Assembly (NCBI RefSeq): GCF_030028105.1
Contig: NC_092378.1
Span: 35,892,715 to 35,956,714 of the forward strand
DNA: 64,000 bases
DNA from: Mobula birostris
Taxonomy: Eukaryota
Reading direction: 5' to 3'
The translations under genes and the position numbers were made by a program. Shown piece after piece: positions 49,381-60,985 of the stretch. The notes under the pieces were generated by a model. The model was not told the DNA's origin. It saw only the letters and a program-made list of their open reading frames with translations, and ran no database searches. The number at the start of each line of letters is the position of its first letter. The stretch's first letter is position 1.

Positions 49381-50419
49381 TATCTGAGTACATTATATTT
49401 ACAGCCACTGAGGTTGCACACTAAGATGCGGTACTATAACAGATCTACAATTGTACCTAGAATGGATTTCCAGATGAATTTTTACAATCTTTCCTTTATT
49501 GCATATTTGAATTTGTATGTTTGAATTCTCAACTCACTAAATTGGCCCATCAATAATTATCCTGAAAAACATTTTAAAGAAATTATGTTGCACACATTGG
49601 AATCTTCAATGTAAAGGCTGTTGTCAAAATTTTGGCCAACACAACAATAATAAAATATTTGGGGGAAGGTTCTGCCCACAGTGTAGAATCATAATACCCA
49701 AGATACCATTATGATCTTGAAATTGTTCTACAACCAATCCAATGAATCCATCCATGTGGACAAAGGGTAATAACAATTTCACTGCTTCTATCAGCAGGAC
49801 TCAAAAATTAATCAAATTTAAAATGTACTGGTGCTCGTATGACAGTAAGAGGTACCGTTGAAAAACTAACATGGATCTTTACTATCTAACCACCACAGTT
49901 CTGCGTGATGTCAATAGTACCAAACAATAAATAATATATTTGATTGTTTCTAGTGGACAGGTAGAGGGATGCGTACCTTTATTAAAATGTGCCTTGAAGA
50001 AACAAGTATTTTAAGGTTACAACAGATCTATAGTGTATCATAAATTAGCTAACTTTTTGTTTAACACTCCACACTCTACCAGGGGTTTTACTCTGACATA
50101 GTGATAATGCACTCCTGTCTTCACACACAGTTCAGCTTGGTACAGCCAAAGAGCGGTGAAAAGAAAGGCAGTAATTGAAGCAAGAGGTAACATTTTGGGA
50201 AAAAATAACAGTAAGTTTTGACTGGCATGCAAGTCCAATACCAATGAATATAACTCAGCAAACCTATAGTTTGAGAAAAGTACTTAGTTTATAATTGAAA
50301 CGTACATGCATGTCAAATGATCATGGCTAGAAACATACCTGAAGACATTTAAATATCATATGATAAAAATATTTATTCATGATGCCAAGAGTATCATTAA
50401 AGCAGTGAGTCAAGGCAAA

Positions 50420-50582
50420 GGGATGCAAACTCTTTGCCTTTGGACTGCAGGAGGAAACCAAAGCACCTGGGGGAAACACACTCACAAGGGAAGAAAGTAC
50501 AAGCTTTCTTACAGAGGACACTGGAATTAAACTCTGAACTCTGACACCCTGAGCTGTAATAGGATCACGCTAACTGCTACCC
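50420..50582 (-). mobile_element. V-SINE 5' fragment
   Basis: + strand CTTTGGACTGCAGGAGGAAACCAAAGCACCTGG is the reverse of the V-domain. Confidence 0.65.
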
Positions 50583-52014
50583 CTTCTTCTCTGCCTTTCT
50601 ACAAGGACCAAGAATGCACTAGGTGAGGGTCTAGGGATCTATCCTCCATAATGCTCTGATGTCTCCTCCCTGCTTAAAGGGTGGAATCAACATCTGATCA
50701 GAATGCTTGTGGAAATATTGAAGAACCTGCATAAATATGTCTCAGACCTGGGTAAATATAACAATTCATGAACTTTTGGACTAACCAGGTGCATACTACA
50801 GTCTTTTCAGATTTTGTATTTTCCATCAGGTCCTAAGTCCCACTCAAACAAATTTTTATCTGAGTACATAATAATTTAGATACGTTTTAATTTGAACCAA
50901 AATACTTGGTCTATTTCCACTGCTGGATAAATTTCAGCTTTGGCTCCACGAGGTTCAAGACAAGGAGAGGTCGAGTAATGTTAAAGTAATCAGATACACT
51001 GATTTTCCTGGGCTTTGTGGGTTGGAGGGAATTGCTGGGAAGAAACATTTTGGGGGTTGGGCTGCAGGGTAGGGGAGAGAAATGGGCAACAGGTACCATT
51101 TTCCCTTCTGACTGGCCTCTTTTTTATAAAGCTAAGTGTATTTTCCTGGGTCCTCCAGTACTCCATGGTCCCAAACCAGAGATCACAATTTTGGCCTTTT
51201 ATTTATTTGTATGTAACCTGGTGTCCAGCTACTTGATGGATGCCAAATTTGGAAATGTGAAGCTGTGAAATTCCTCTTCTATTTTGTGACTTATCTAGTA
51301 GGGTGGAAGCAACTGTGGTCATCTGCCTGCATTCCATGTAAAAATCATGTGGTCTTGAGGAAATTTGAAGTGATTATTTTGCACACTGAAAGCTGCAATT
51401 CAACTTTCTTATAAGCACAGTCCTCAGGAGATAAGTATTGACCAAGTTACTCTAAAAATAGCACAAACATAAATATACATTCCCAAATCACTTAAAAACT
51501 TACAAGAGTTCAAACTACAAACAACTATCAAAATTAATGGCCAGACCAGACCAAAAAGTGCAAACTTAAATCATATGAAGCAGCATTTTCCAAATTAAGC
51601 AATAAACTTCAAAAAGAATATGTGCTTCTGGATTAGAGCGATTATAATGATGCACAGATAATGGTAGACAAAAAAAGGCATTCTTAAATTTATTGAATAT
51701 TTAAAAGACCATACCTTTAATTGCCAAATATTGTCTAAAATAAAGCATTCACTGCTGTATTTTTCACTCAAGCTCCAAGTGCTGAGTTAAAGGAAGTATC
51801 AAATGTTTTTAGCAATAATGCACCACTTCCTTTACGATAAGTTCAACACACAATGAGAAAAGAACGAACGCTTATGGTGTAGAGAGGGGCAGTCCATTAT
51901 ATTCTCTATTTCTCCTTATTTCCCAATGCAAAGTGGATATTATTCAATAAGCCACTCCTTAATTTAACACCATAAACATGCATCACACACCATGATGGAA
52001 GGCGCACAAGATCC

Positions 52015-52170
52015 AATAGGGTCTTTTAAGAGACTCTTGGATAGGTACATGGATCTTAGAAAAATAGAGGGCTATGGGTAACCCTAGGTAATTTTTAAAG
52101 TAAGTACAGGTTCGGCACAGAATTGTGGGCCAAAGGGTCTGTATTGTGCTGTAGGTTTTCTATGTTCCAT
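52015..52170 (+). mobile_element. CR1 3' tail
   Basis: Near-identical to 35664-35820. Confidence 0.8.
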
Positions 52171-52347
52171 GAAGTATGAATGCCCATGAAAGACCAAAGA
52201 ACCCCTGGAGTCAATCACTGATAACTGGAAAAGATCAGTGAATGCTGCTGGGAGCTTGCATGTAGCAGTAAGGAGAGAATAAAAGGACAGCGCAGTGGTT
52301 TACTCATATGGATGTCTTCAGTTCAAGTAAGGTGGGCAATGTCAGGT

Positions 52348-53737
52348 TAGACAATAGACAATAGGTGTAGGAGTAGGTCATTCAGCCCTTCGAGCCAGCA
52401 CCACCTTTTACTGTGATCATGGCTGATCATCCACAATCAGCACCCTTTTCCTGCCTTCTGCCCATATCCCTTTACTCCGCTATCTTTAAGAGCTCTATCT
52501 AACTCTTTTTTGAAAGAATCCAGAGAATCGGCCTCTACTGCCTTCTGAAGCAGAGCATTCCACAGAATCACAACCCTCTGTGTGAAGAGTTTTTCCGCAA
52601 TTCTGTTCTAAATGGTCTACCCCTTATTCTTAAACTGTGGCCTCTGGTTCTGGACTCCCCCAACATCGGGAACATGTTCCCTGCCTCTAGCTTGTCCAAT
52701 CCCCTAATAATCTTACATGTTTCAATAAGGTCCCCTCTCATCCTTCTAAATTCCAGTGTATACAACCCCAGTTGCTCCAATCTTTCAACATATGACAGTC
52801 CCGCCATCCTGGGAATTAACCTCATGAACCTACGCTGCACTCCCTCAATAGCTAGAATGTCCTTCCTCAAATTTGGAGACCAAAACTGTACACAATATTC
52901 CAGGTGTGGTCTCACCAGGGCGCTGTACAACTGCAGAAGGACCTCTTTGCTCCCATACTCAACTCTCCTTGTTATGAAAGCCAGCATGCCATTAGCTTTC
53001 TTCACTGCCTGCTGTACCTGCATGCTTACTTTCAGTGACTGATGAACAAGGACACCTAGATCTCGTTGTACTTCCCCTTTTCCTAACTTGACACCATTCA
53101 GATAGTAATCTGCCTTCCTATTGTTGCCACCAAAGTGGATAACCTCACATTTATCCACATTAAACTGCACCTGCCTTGCACCTGCCCACTCACCCAAGCT
53201 GTCCAAGTCACCCTGCATTCTCATAACATCCTCCTCACATTTCACACTGCCACCCAGCTTTGTGTCATCTGCAAATTTGCTAATGTTATTTTTAATCCCT
53301 TCATCTAAATCATTAATGTATATTGTAAATAGCTGCGGCCCCAGCACTGAGCCTTGCGGTACCCCACTAGTCACTGCCTGCCATTCTGAAAAGGACCCAT
53401 TAATCCCTACTCTGTTTCCTGTCTGCCAACCAATTTTCTATTCATGTCAGTACCCTACCCCCAATACCATTTGCTCTAATTTTGCACACTAACCTCCTAT
53501 GTGGGACCTTATCAAAGACTTTCTGAAAGTCCAGGTACACTACATCCACTGGCTTTCCCATGTCCATTTTCATTGTTACATCCTCAAAAAATTCCAGAAG
53601 ATTAGTCAAGCATGATTTCCCCCTTGTAAATCCATGCTGACTCGGACCTATCCTGCCACTGCTATCCAAATATGCCGCTATTACATCTTTTATAATTCAT
53701 TCCAGCATCTTCCCCACCACTGATGTCAGACTAACTG
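52348..53737 (-). mobile_element. CR1 LINE, 5'-truncated RT region
   Basis: ORFs 53442-53669 and 52568-53374 ([30 protein letters not shown]). Tail TAGACAATAGACAATAGG on +. Confidence 0.95.
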
Positions 53738-55152
53738 TTGTAGGATGTAGGATGGCAGGAAATCACAAGAGACTCAGAAACACCTGGGACAGTAGGTTTG
53801 CTTCTTGGTGGGATGGAAGGTCACTAAAGGGCGAGGTGTGAAGGAGTTGAGGGTCAGAAGCCTGTACAAAAGATATGCTTGGGGGAAGGTGGGGTAACTA
53901 TTCCTGCTCCACCTGGCCTACAGACAGTGTCCAAAGAGTGAATCAGTGAATCCAACTTTTTCCACCCCTCTCCTAAGCTGGGAAACCTTGGAATATGTTT
54001 AGCAGGTGATTCGATGCTCGAGAGGAAAATCAGAGTCTAGTTGAATATCACTGGAATATGTCGTGAAATGTGTTACTTTGTGGCAGCAGCACATTGCAAT
54101 ACATCGTAATACAAACTACAAATATATATATACACACACACATATACATACACACAATTTTATTATATATAAATATAAATATATACACACATGTACACAC
54201 AATTATATTATATACAAATATAAACACACACACAAAATTAAATAAGTAGGGAGATAAGAGAAAAGTAGAGAGGTAGTTTCACGGGTTCGCTGTCCATTCA
54301 GAAATCCGAATGCGGAGAGGAAGGAGCTGTTCCTGAAATGCTGAGTGTGTGACTTCAGGCTCCTGTACCTCCTCCCTGATGATAGCAATGAAAAAAAGAG
54401 CATGTCTTGGGTAATGGGTGTTATCAAAATGATGGATGTCTCCTTTTTGAGGCATCACCTTTTGAAGATGTCTTCGATGTTGGGACATCTTTCTGCAGCT
54501 TTTACCGATATGGTGCGGAGGTCCCACCATACCAGTTGCTGATGCAACCAGTTGGAATGATCTCCCTGGTACATCAGTAGAAACTTGCAAGAGTCTTTGG
54601 TGACATACCAAGTCTCCTCAAACCCCTGATGAAGTGTAGCCGCTGTCGTGCCTTCTTTGTAATTGCATCAATATATTGCGCTCAAGACAGATCTGCAGAG
54701 ATGTTAACAACCAGGAACTTGAAACTGCATCCCCTTTCCACTGCTGACCCCTCAATGAGGACAAGTGTGTGTTCCCTCAACTTCCTCTTCCCGAAGTCCA
54801 CAATCAATTCCTTGATCTTAATGACATTGAATGCAAGGTTGTTATTACAACACCACCCAGTCAGCTGATCCATCTCACTCCTTCACGCCTCCTTATCACC
54901 CTATCAAATTCTGCGAATAATAGTTATGTCATTGGCTTATTTATAGGTGGTGTTTGAGCTGTGCCTAGCCACACAGACATGGGCGCAGAAAGAGTAAAGG
55001 ATCGAGCTAAGCAGGCATCCTTGAAGTGGACTAGTGATGGTTGCCAGTGAGAAGGAGATGTTATTTCTGATCTGCACTGATGTGATCTCCTGATGAGGAA
55101 GTCAAGGATCCAGTTGAAGAGGGAGGTACAGAGGCCCAGGTTTTGGAGGTTG

Positions 55153-57154
55153 TTTTTTTTTTAAATAATTTTTATTGAGCTTTCAAAGTAAATACATGAG
55201 AAAATAATATCTACCCTCCCCCCTCCCCTTAACCCTCCCCCCCCCGATATATACTCCTACCTAAAGAAAAAAGAAAAAAAGAAAAAAAAGAACTGCCTGA
55301 ATAATGGAAGGTTTGCACATGGGATTAAAAATAATTTTATATATATTTGTTACTTCCCCCAAGGAACCAAGATCTTTATCATCGGAGCTGTAAATAAGGG
55401 CTCCAAATATTCAAAAATGTTTCATATTTATCTCTTAAAATCTAAAACATTACTTAGCTTCTCAACTCTCATAGTTCCCTGGGGAATCTCTTTGAACTTC
55501 ACCATGTTGCTATGCGTTTCCCTCCCAATCATCCAGGCAAAAAGAAAAAAAAGATAGATAAGATACAAAAAAAGAAACAAAATACCCCCCCACTAATGTT
55601 GTGAATGAAAAGATACACAACACTACCCCCCTCCATTGTGCAGGTCGTGGCTATTGCCACGCTTGCACACATGAATAACGTAGCGATTGGTCAGTGTTTC
55701 TTCCAGCTCCCCCATAACAAAAAATTGTATGTGTATATAAAATTAATGTCATTAATCCCAGCTAATATTTCTCAAATTTTAACCTTTCTTCCCCTCCCTC
55801 ATATAATTAATAATATATTTGTATATTCATCCGCCTAAAAATCCAACAGGCCTAATCCTTGATCCAGTCTTCATCTTCAATCCATCTCGGTCCTCTGGGT
55901 TTGTTCTTGTATCTGGTGAATATTCAAAGATTCTCATACAAACCCCTCTGCTTTCCGGTAATCGTCAAAAAATCTTTTTTCTCCACCAGGCAAAAAAATC
56001 TTCAAGGTTGCAGGATAACGCAATATAAATTGATAACCATGATCCCATAGGGCTTTTTTCACTGGATTAAATTTCTTCCTTCTCTTCAGAAGTTCATAAC
56101 TTATGTTAGGGTAAAAAAAAATTTTCTTCCCTTCTATCATCAGTGGCCCTTTTCTCTTCTCGGCAGCTTGGGCAGCTGCCTGTAGAATCCTTTCTTTGTC
56201 TTGAAATCTTAAGAATTTTATTAAAATTGATTGTGGATATTGGTCGTCTTGTGGTTTTGGTCTTAGAGCTCTATGTACCCACTCAATTTCAATTGATCAG
56301 TCTTCCTCTTTCATTTGCAAGGTTTTCAGGATCCATCTTTGAAAAAATTCTATTGGATTATCTCCCTCTATACCTCCTTTAAGACCAACAATTTTAATAT
56401 TGTTACATCTACTAAAATTTTCCAGCACGTCCAAGAGTCGATTTCTTTCCGTATTCCAGACAAGCACATCATTTTCTGTTTTTTCCACTCTATCGTTAAT
56501 ACGCTCCATCGTTCTTTCCATCTTCTGGTTTCTTATCCATTTTATCCTGTCTTTTCATAGCTTTATCATAGCACATCTTCACGTCTCTAAGCTCTGTTCT
56601 TAATTTTCTTAGTTCAGTCGTTAATTGCAATAAAGCCTCTCTTATGTCTCCGTCGTCTCCTTTACTTCCAGTCTCTTCCAGTTCTTCCTCCTCTTCATCT
56701 GTATTATCTGCGGTATCCAATTCTGACACTGAGTCACTTTCAGTTACAGTGGCCGTCAGTTCTTGTAGTTTAAGTTGTGTCGATTTGCGCATGCGTTCTT
56801 CTTTGCACATGCGCAATTCTGGCATCTTCTTCCGAGAGACCGCTACCGCTGCCATTGCTCCCTGTTCTTCTACGCCAGAGATAAAATACGTCTCCTCCGA
56901 AGGAGATCCAACCTGAATCCGAGGCTCCATCGCTGCAGTAGGCCCTTTTTTCTTCCCATCTCACGGCGACTTCACAACAGCAGACTTCTTCTGTTGCGGT
57001 TTTCAAGGCATATCATAGAGTAGGCTTACGAAGCTTATAAGTAGTTTTCGGAAAGTATTTATTAACCTTACTTTGTTTAAATGGTACTTTGCTGATTTTT
57101 TACGGGAGAGCTGGATTTACACGTCTCAATCCCACGTCATCATGTGACGCCCCC
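55153..57154 (-). mobile_element. ORF1-only L1 element (HAL1-like; ORF2 almost entirely deleted)
   Basis: TSD GGTTTTGGAGGTTGTT (55139-55154 and 57155-57170; the last two T of the left copy merge with the poly(A) run). Poly(A) at 55153-55162, AATAAA at ~55171-55176, CpG-rich 5' end GGGGCGTCACATGATGACGT. Confidence 0.88.
55838..57011 (-). pseudogene. L1 ORF1p (coiled coil-RRM-CTD), disrupted
   Basis: 'LENFSRCNNIKIVGLKGGIEG' and 'IFFYPNISYELLKRRKKFNPVKKAL...LRYPATLKI'. ATG at 57011 is followed by TGA stops and frameshifts. Confidence 0.88.
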
Positions 57155-59164
57155 GGTTTTGGAGGTTGTTGATTAAAACTGAGGGTAAGATTGTGTTGGA
57201 TGCCGAGATGCAATCAATAAATAGCAAACAAGGGAAAATCTGCAGATGCTGGAAATCCGAGCAACACACACGGGGTCCTGCCGAAGGGTTTTGGCCCAAA
57301 ATATTATTGTACTTTTTTCCATAGATGCTGCCTGACCTGCTGAGTTCCTCCAGCATTTTGTGTGTGCTGCATCAATAAACAGCAGCCTGATGTAGATATT
57401 GCTATTATCTAGCTGATCCAAGGCCAGTGAGATTGCATCTGCTGTAGATCTAATGTGGCAATAGGCAAATTGCAGCAGGTCTAGGTCCTTTGCAAGAATT
57501 GATTCTGGCCATGACCAACCTCTCAAAGTACTTCATCACAATAGGTATGAGTGCAACTGGACGAAGGTTGTTGATGAAGCTCACCCTGATCTTCTGGGGC
57601 ACTGATATGATTGTCACCCCCTTAAAACAGATTGGGACTTCTGACTGTAGCAGTGAAGCAAAGATAATGGCCAGTGTAGGGCAACCGTTACAGCCACAAG
57701 TTCTTGCTGCACAACAGGTTTCTTGGCTTAACTATTTTCTTCTATTCAATCAATGATTTAGACAAGATCAGGAACGAGACTCTTCAAAATACAGTAAATG
57801 TGAAATATTCTTTTCCATGACTGCTGATGAAGCAGCACATGACAACACATGGAAACACTGAGGTCTTGGGCTGACAAATGGATGACCACACCTCACAAGT
57901 TTTATGCTGTGACTTCCTATTGTTATGGCTATAGTTCCTATAACCATAAATGCTCCTACAATCAACCTTATTAGAAACTTAACCAGATGCGGGACACAAC
58001 TTATTCCAGGCTACAAGACCATAGTCCAAATGGTTCTATTCAATATCAGAGAATGTATATAATAGAGCATAGCAACTTCTAGTTGCCCTGCTATATTTCC
58101 GCTGTTATCACAAGGCCAATGGAATTCATACCGCTGCATGTTTGAAGATGTTTGAGAAAGGCAGACCTGATCAAAATCTATGCTACACCCACAATATTTT
58201 CATCCATCAGCGGTGCACTGTGAATTCACTAGCAGCTGTTTATAGGATGTAGCAGATCTTTGAACTTTCTTCAGCAGTACGTGGGAGCCAATTGACAACC
58301 GCCAAGACAGGGCAAGGCAGTAATATTAACAGAGCAAGTCACCTCCAAGTGACTTTTCTTCTTCATTGTCATTAAATCAGAATTCTATAAATCTATAAGT
58401 AGCATTGTTGGGAGTACTCAACAACAACAGTTGGCATTTATACAGTAAATCTAACATAGAAAAATATTCCAGGAAGGATAATCAGACAACAGTTGATACT
58501 GACCACATGGTTCTTTGCCAGAACACACAAAAAACTCCATAATTAAAATCCTCATGGCCTGTCTGTTTAAGTTAGTTGTGACATTAAAGTGGTGATTATA
58601 AAGTACAGTTCAGTACACACATCTACCTTCCATTGTACACAGATGCTCATCATACAGTGATAAAGAAACCAAAACTTGGTAATTCCTTCCAGCCAGTTCA
58701 CTAACTCAACACCATTTATAGAAATGTACTGAACTATCCAAGTTTCAGCATCTATCACAATTAATTTATAAAGGAACAATCTACTGATAAAGCTCCTCAT
58801 TTCCAGTACATGAAATCCATGCTGCTTCCCTAAAGTGGCAGGTACCCTCATTCTCTATGTGTCTTTCAGAGAATTCCACTGCACAAGTATCTCCAAGTTG
58901 TTCCTATTGTCCACTTAGAGTTGGGCCAAACCTGAACCTTGGTACTTGTCTAATGACCAACCTCATTGCGGGTGAGTCTGGATGCAGGAGGGCTTGACAG
59001 TAGGTGGGTTAAAGGGCAAAGGAAAGCACTAAATTAGGAGTGAGGTGCCTTCGTGCACATGATGGAAAAATGTCTGTAACAGCCTGAAATTTGATAGCTG
59101 TTTTAGATGGTTTAACAGAACACCAAGGAATGGCTGTTGATGAAATAACCAACTGTGATTCATA

Positions 59165-59400
59165 AACTTCAGAATCTTCAGAAAATGCTGGAGGAACTCA
59201 ACAAGACAGGCAACATCTATGGAAGGAATGAAACAGTCGATGTTTCGGGCTGAGACACTTCATCAGACCCGTGATGTCCCACTGAAAGCTCTCGATCCGT
59301 AAAGCGGATGGTTTATTCCTCTCCGTAGATGCTGCCTGACCTGCTGAGCTCCTCCAGCATTTGATGTGTGTTACTTAAGATTTCCAGCATCTACAGAATC
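59165..59400. mobile_element. Degenerate fold-back hammerhead-family element
   Basis: AATGCTGGAGGAACTCA...CAGTCGATGTTTCGGGCTGAGACACTTCATCAG (minus: CTGATGA...GAAACATC) and the inverted arm CTGCTGAGCTCCTCCAGCATTT. Confidence 0.7.
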
Positions 59401-60985
59401 TCGAGCTTACGCCAGTGGACAAGGTGGTTCCAGTTGGGCAAACATTAGGTGGCTTACTAGCACTTTTTAATTAACAAGTTGACCAGTTTTAATTAGTTGT
59501 GATCAATCTGTGCACCGCGACTCTAAAAATCCAGGCTCCCCTAACATGTACGCAAGCTTCTTAAATTAATGTTGATCACCCCTGGAGGTAGATAGGGTGC
59601 ACTGTACTGCTACCAATGTAGATACCTTTTGTAGTTAATAAGCTCAAGGATTCAAGCTCAAACAATGGCATTTGACAAAAATCTGGAACACCAGAATAAA
59701 ACTGTGATATAGCATATAACACTTCAAGCTTTAAAGAGTCATGGAAACACAATGCACAATGAAGTTTTCAACAATGTAACTGATTCAGAAACAACATACT
59801 AAAAAGGCAAGGAATAGGATAAACTTGACAGGATTGTCAGAGCTGACAAATAACAATGGGTTAAGCAAAAAAGTTCACTATTAGTGGGGAGACAAAATGA
59901 AGTAAACATTTCAGTCTGCAGTTAGACACCCTACCAAATTGCGTCAAAATCAATCTAAAACAGTATTTTGTAGGATGTTTAATGAGCAACAGATGTTTTG
60001 CCGCCAGCACCCACCACTATCCCACCATCCTTGTTCTTATATTCTAGTCCTCTGGAAATGAATGCTAATATTACTTTTCCCTTGTAAGTCACAGTTGCCT
60101 CATCCTCTCTTTTGAATACTTCTTCATCTTTGGGATGTATCTAGCCTGTGCCTTCCGAGTTGCCCTGAACCTCCTGCAATTGCTGTTCTGCCATCATCCC
60201 TGCAAGTGTCCCCTTCCAATTAACTTTGGTCAGCTCCTCTCCCATGCCACTGTAATTCCTTTTTCTCCACTGTAATACTGATACATCTGACTTTATCTTC
60301 CCTCTCTCAAACTGCAGGATGAATTCTATCATATTATGAACACTGCCTGCAAAGGGTTCCTTTATCCTAAGTGCTCTAATCAAATCTGGTTCATTCCAGA
60401 ATTGTGTTTTCAATCCAAGTTTGTCTTTTCCCAAGTGGGCTCACCACAAACTGCTCTAAAAAGCCAGCTCATAGGCATTGTACAAATTCCATCTCTTGGC
60501 ATCCAGTACCACTCTGATTTTCTCAGTCTACCTGCATGGTGAAATCCTCTATGACTATCATAACATTGCTTTTAATTCATGCCTTTTCTATCTCTCATTG
60601 TAATTTGTACCCAGTATCCTGGCCATCGTTTAGAGGCCTGTATATAACTCCCATCAGGGTCTTTTTACCCTTGTAGTTTCTTAACTCTATCCATAAGGAT
60701 TCTACATTTTCTGATCCTATGTCACCTCTTTCTACTTACTGCGCAGGACTTCTTCCCTCTTTCCATCTACAATATAACATTGATGCCAATGTGTACTATG
60801 ACCTCTGGCTGCTCACCCTTCCTGTTGAGAATATTCTGCAGCATCTAGCACCTGGGAGACAACACATCATCCTGGTATCTATTTTGCGGCCACATTATCT
60901 CCTATCCATTCTCTTATTGTTACTGTTCTACCTGACTTTACCCTTCCTTGCTGAGCTTTGGAGCTGGCCACAGTTCTGGCTGTTA

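Larger units (their letters stand above)
54030..57660 (-). mobile_element. Rex1-type LINE hosting an L1 insertion (55153-57154) and a fold-back element remnant (~57226-57366)
   Basis: 'WCCNNNLAFNVIKIKELIVDF', 'LDLLQFAY...RSTADAISLAL' and 'LLSSGRRYRSLK'. A TA/CA microsatellite lies in its 3' UTR (54120-54235). Confidence 0.8.
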
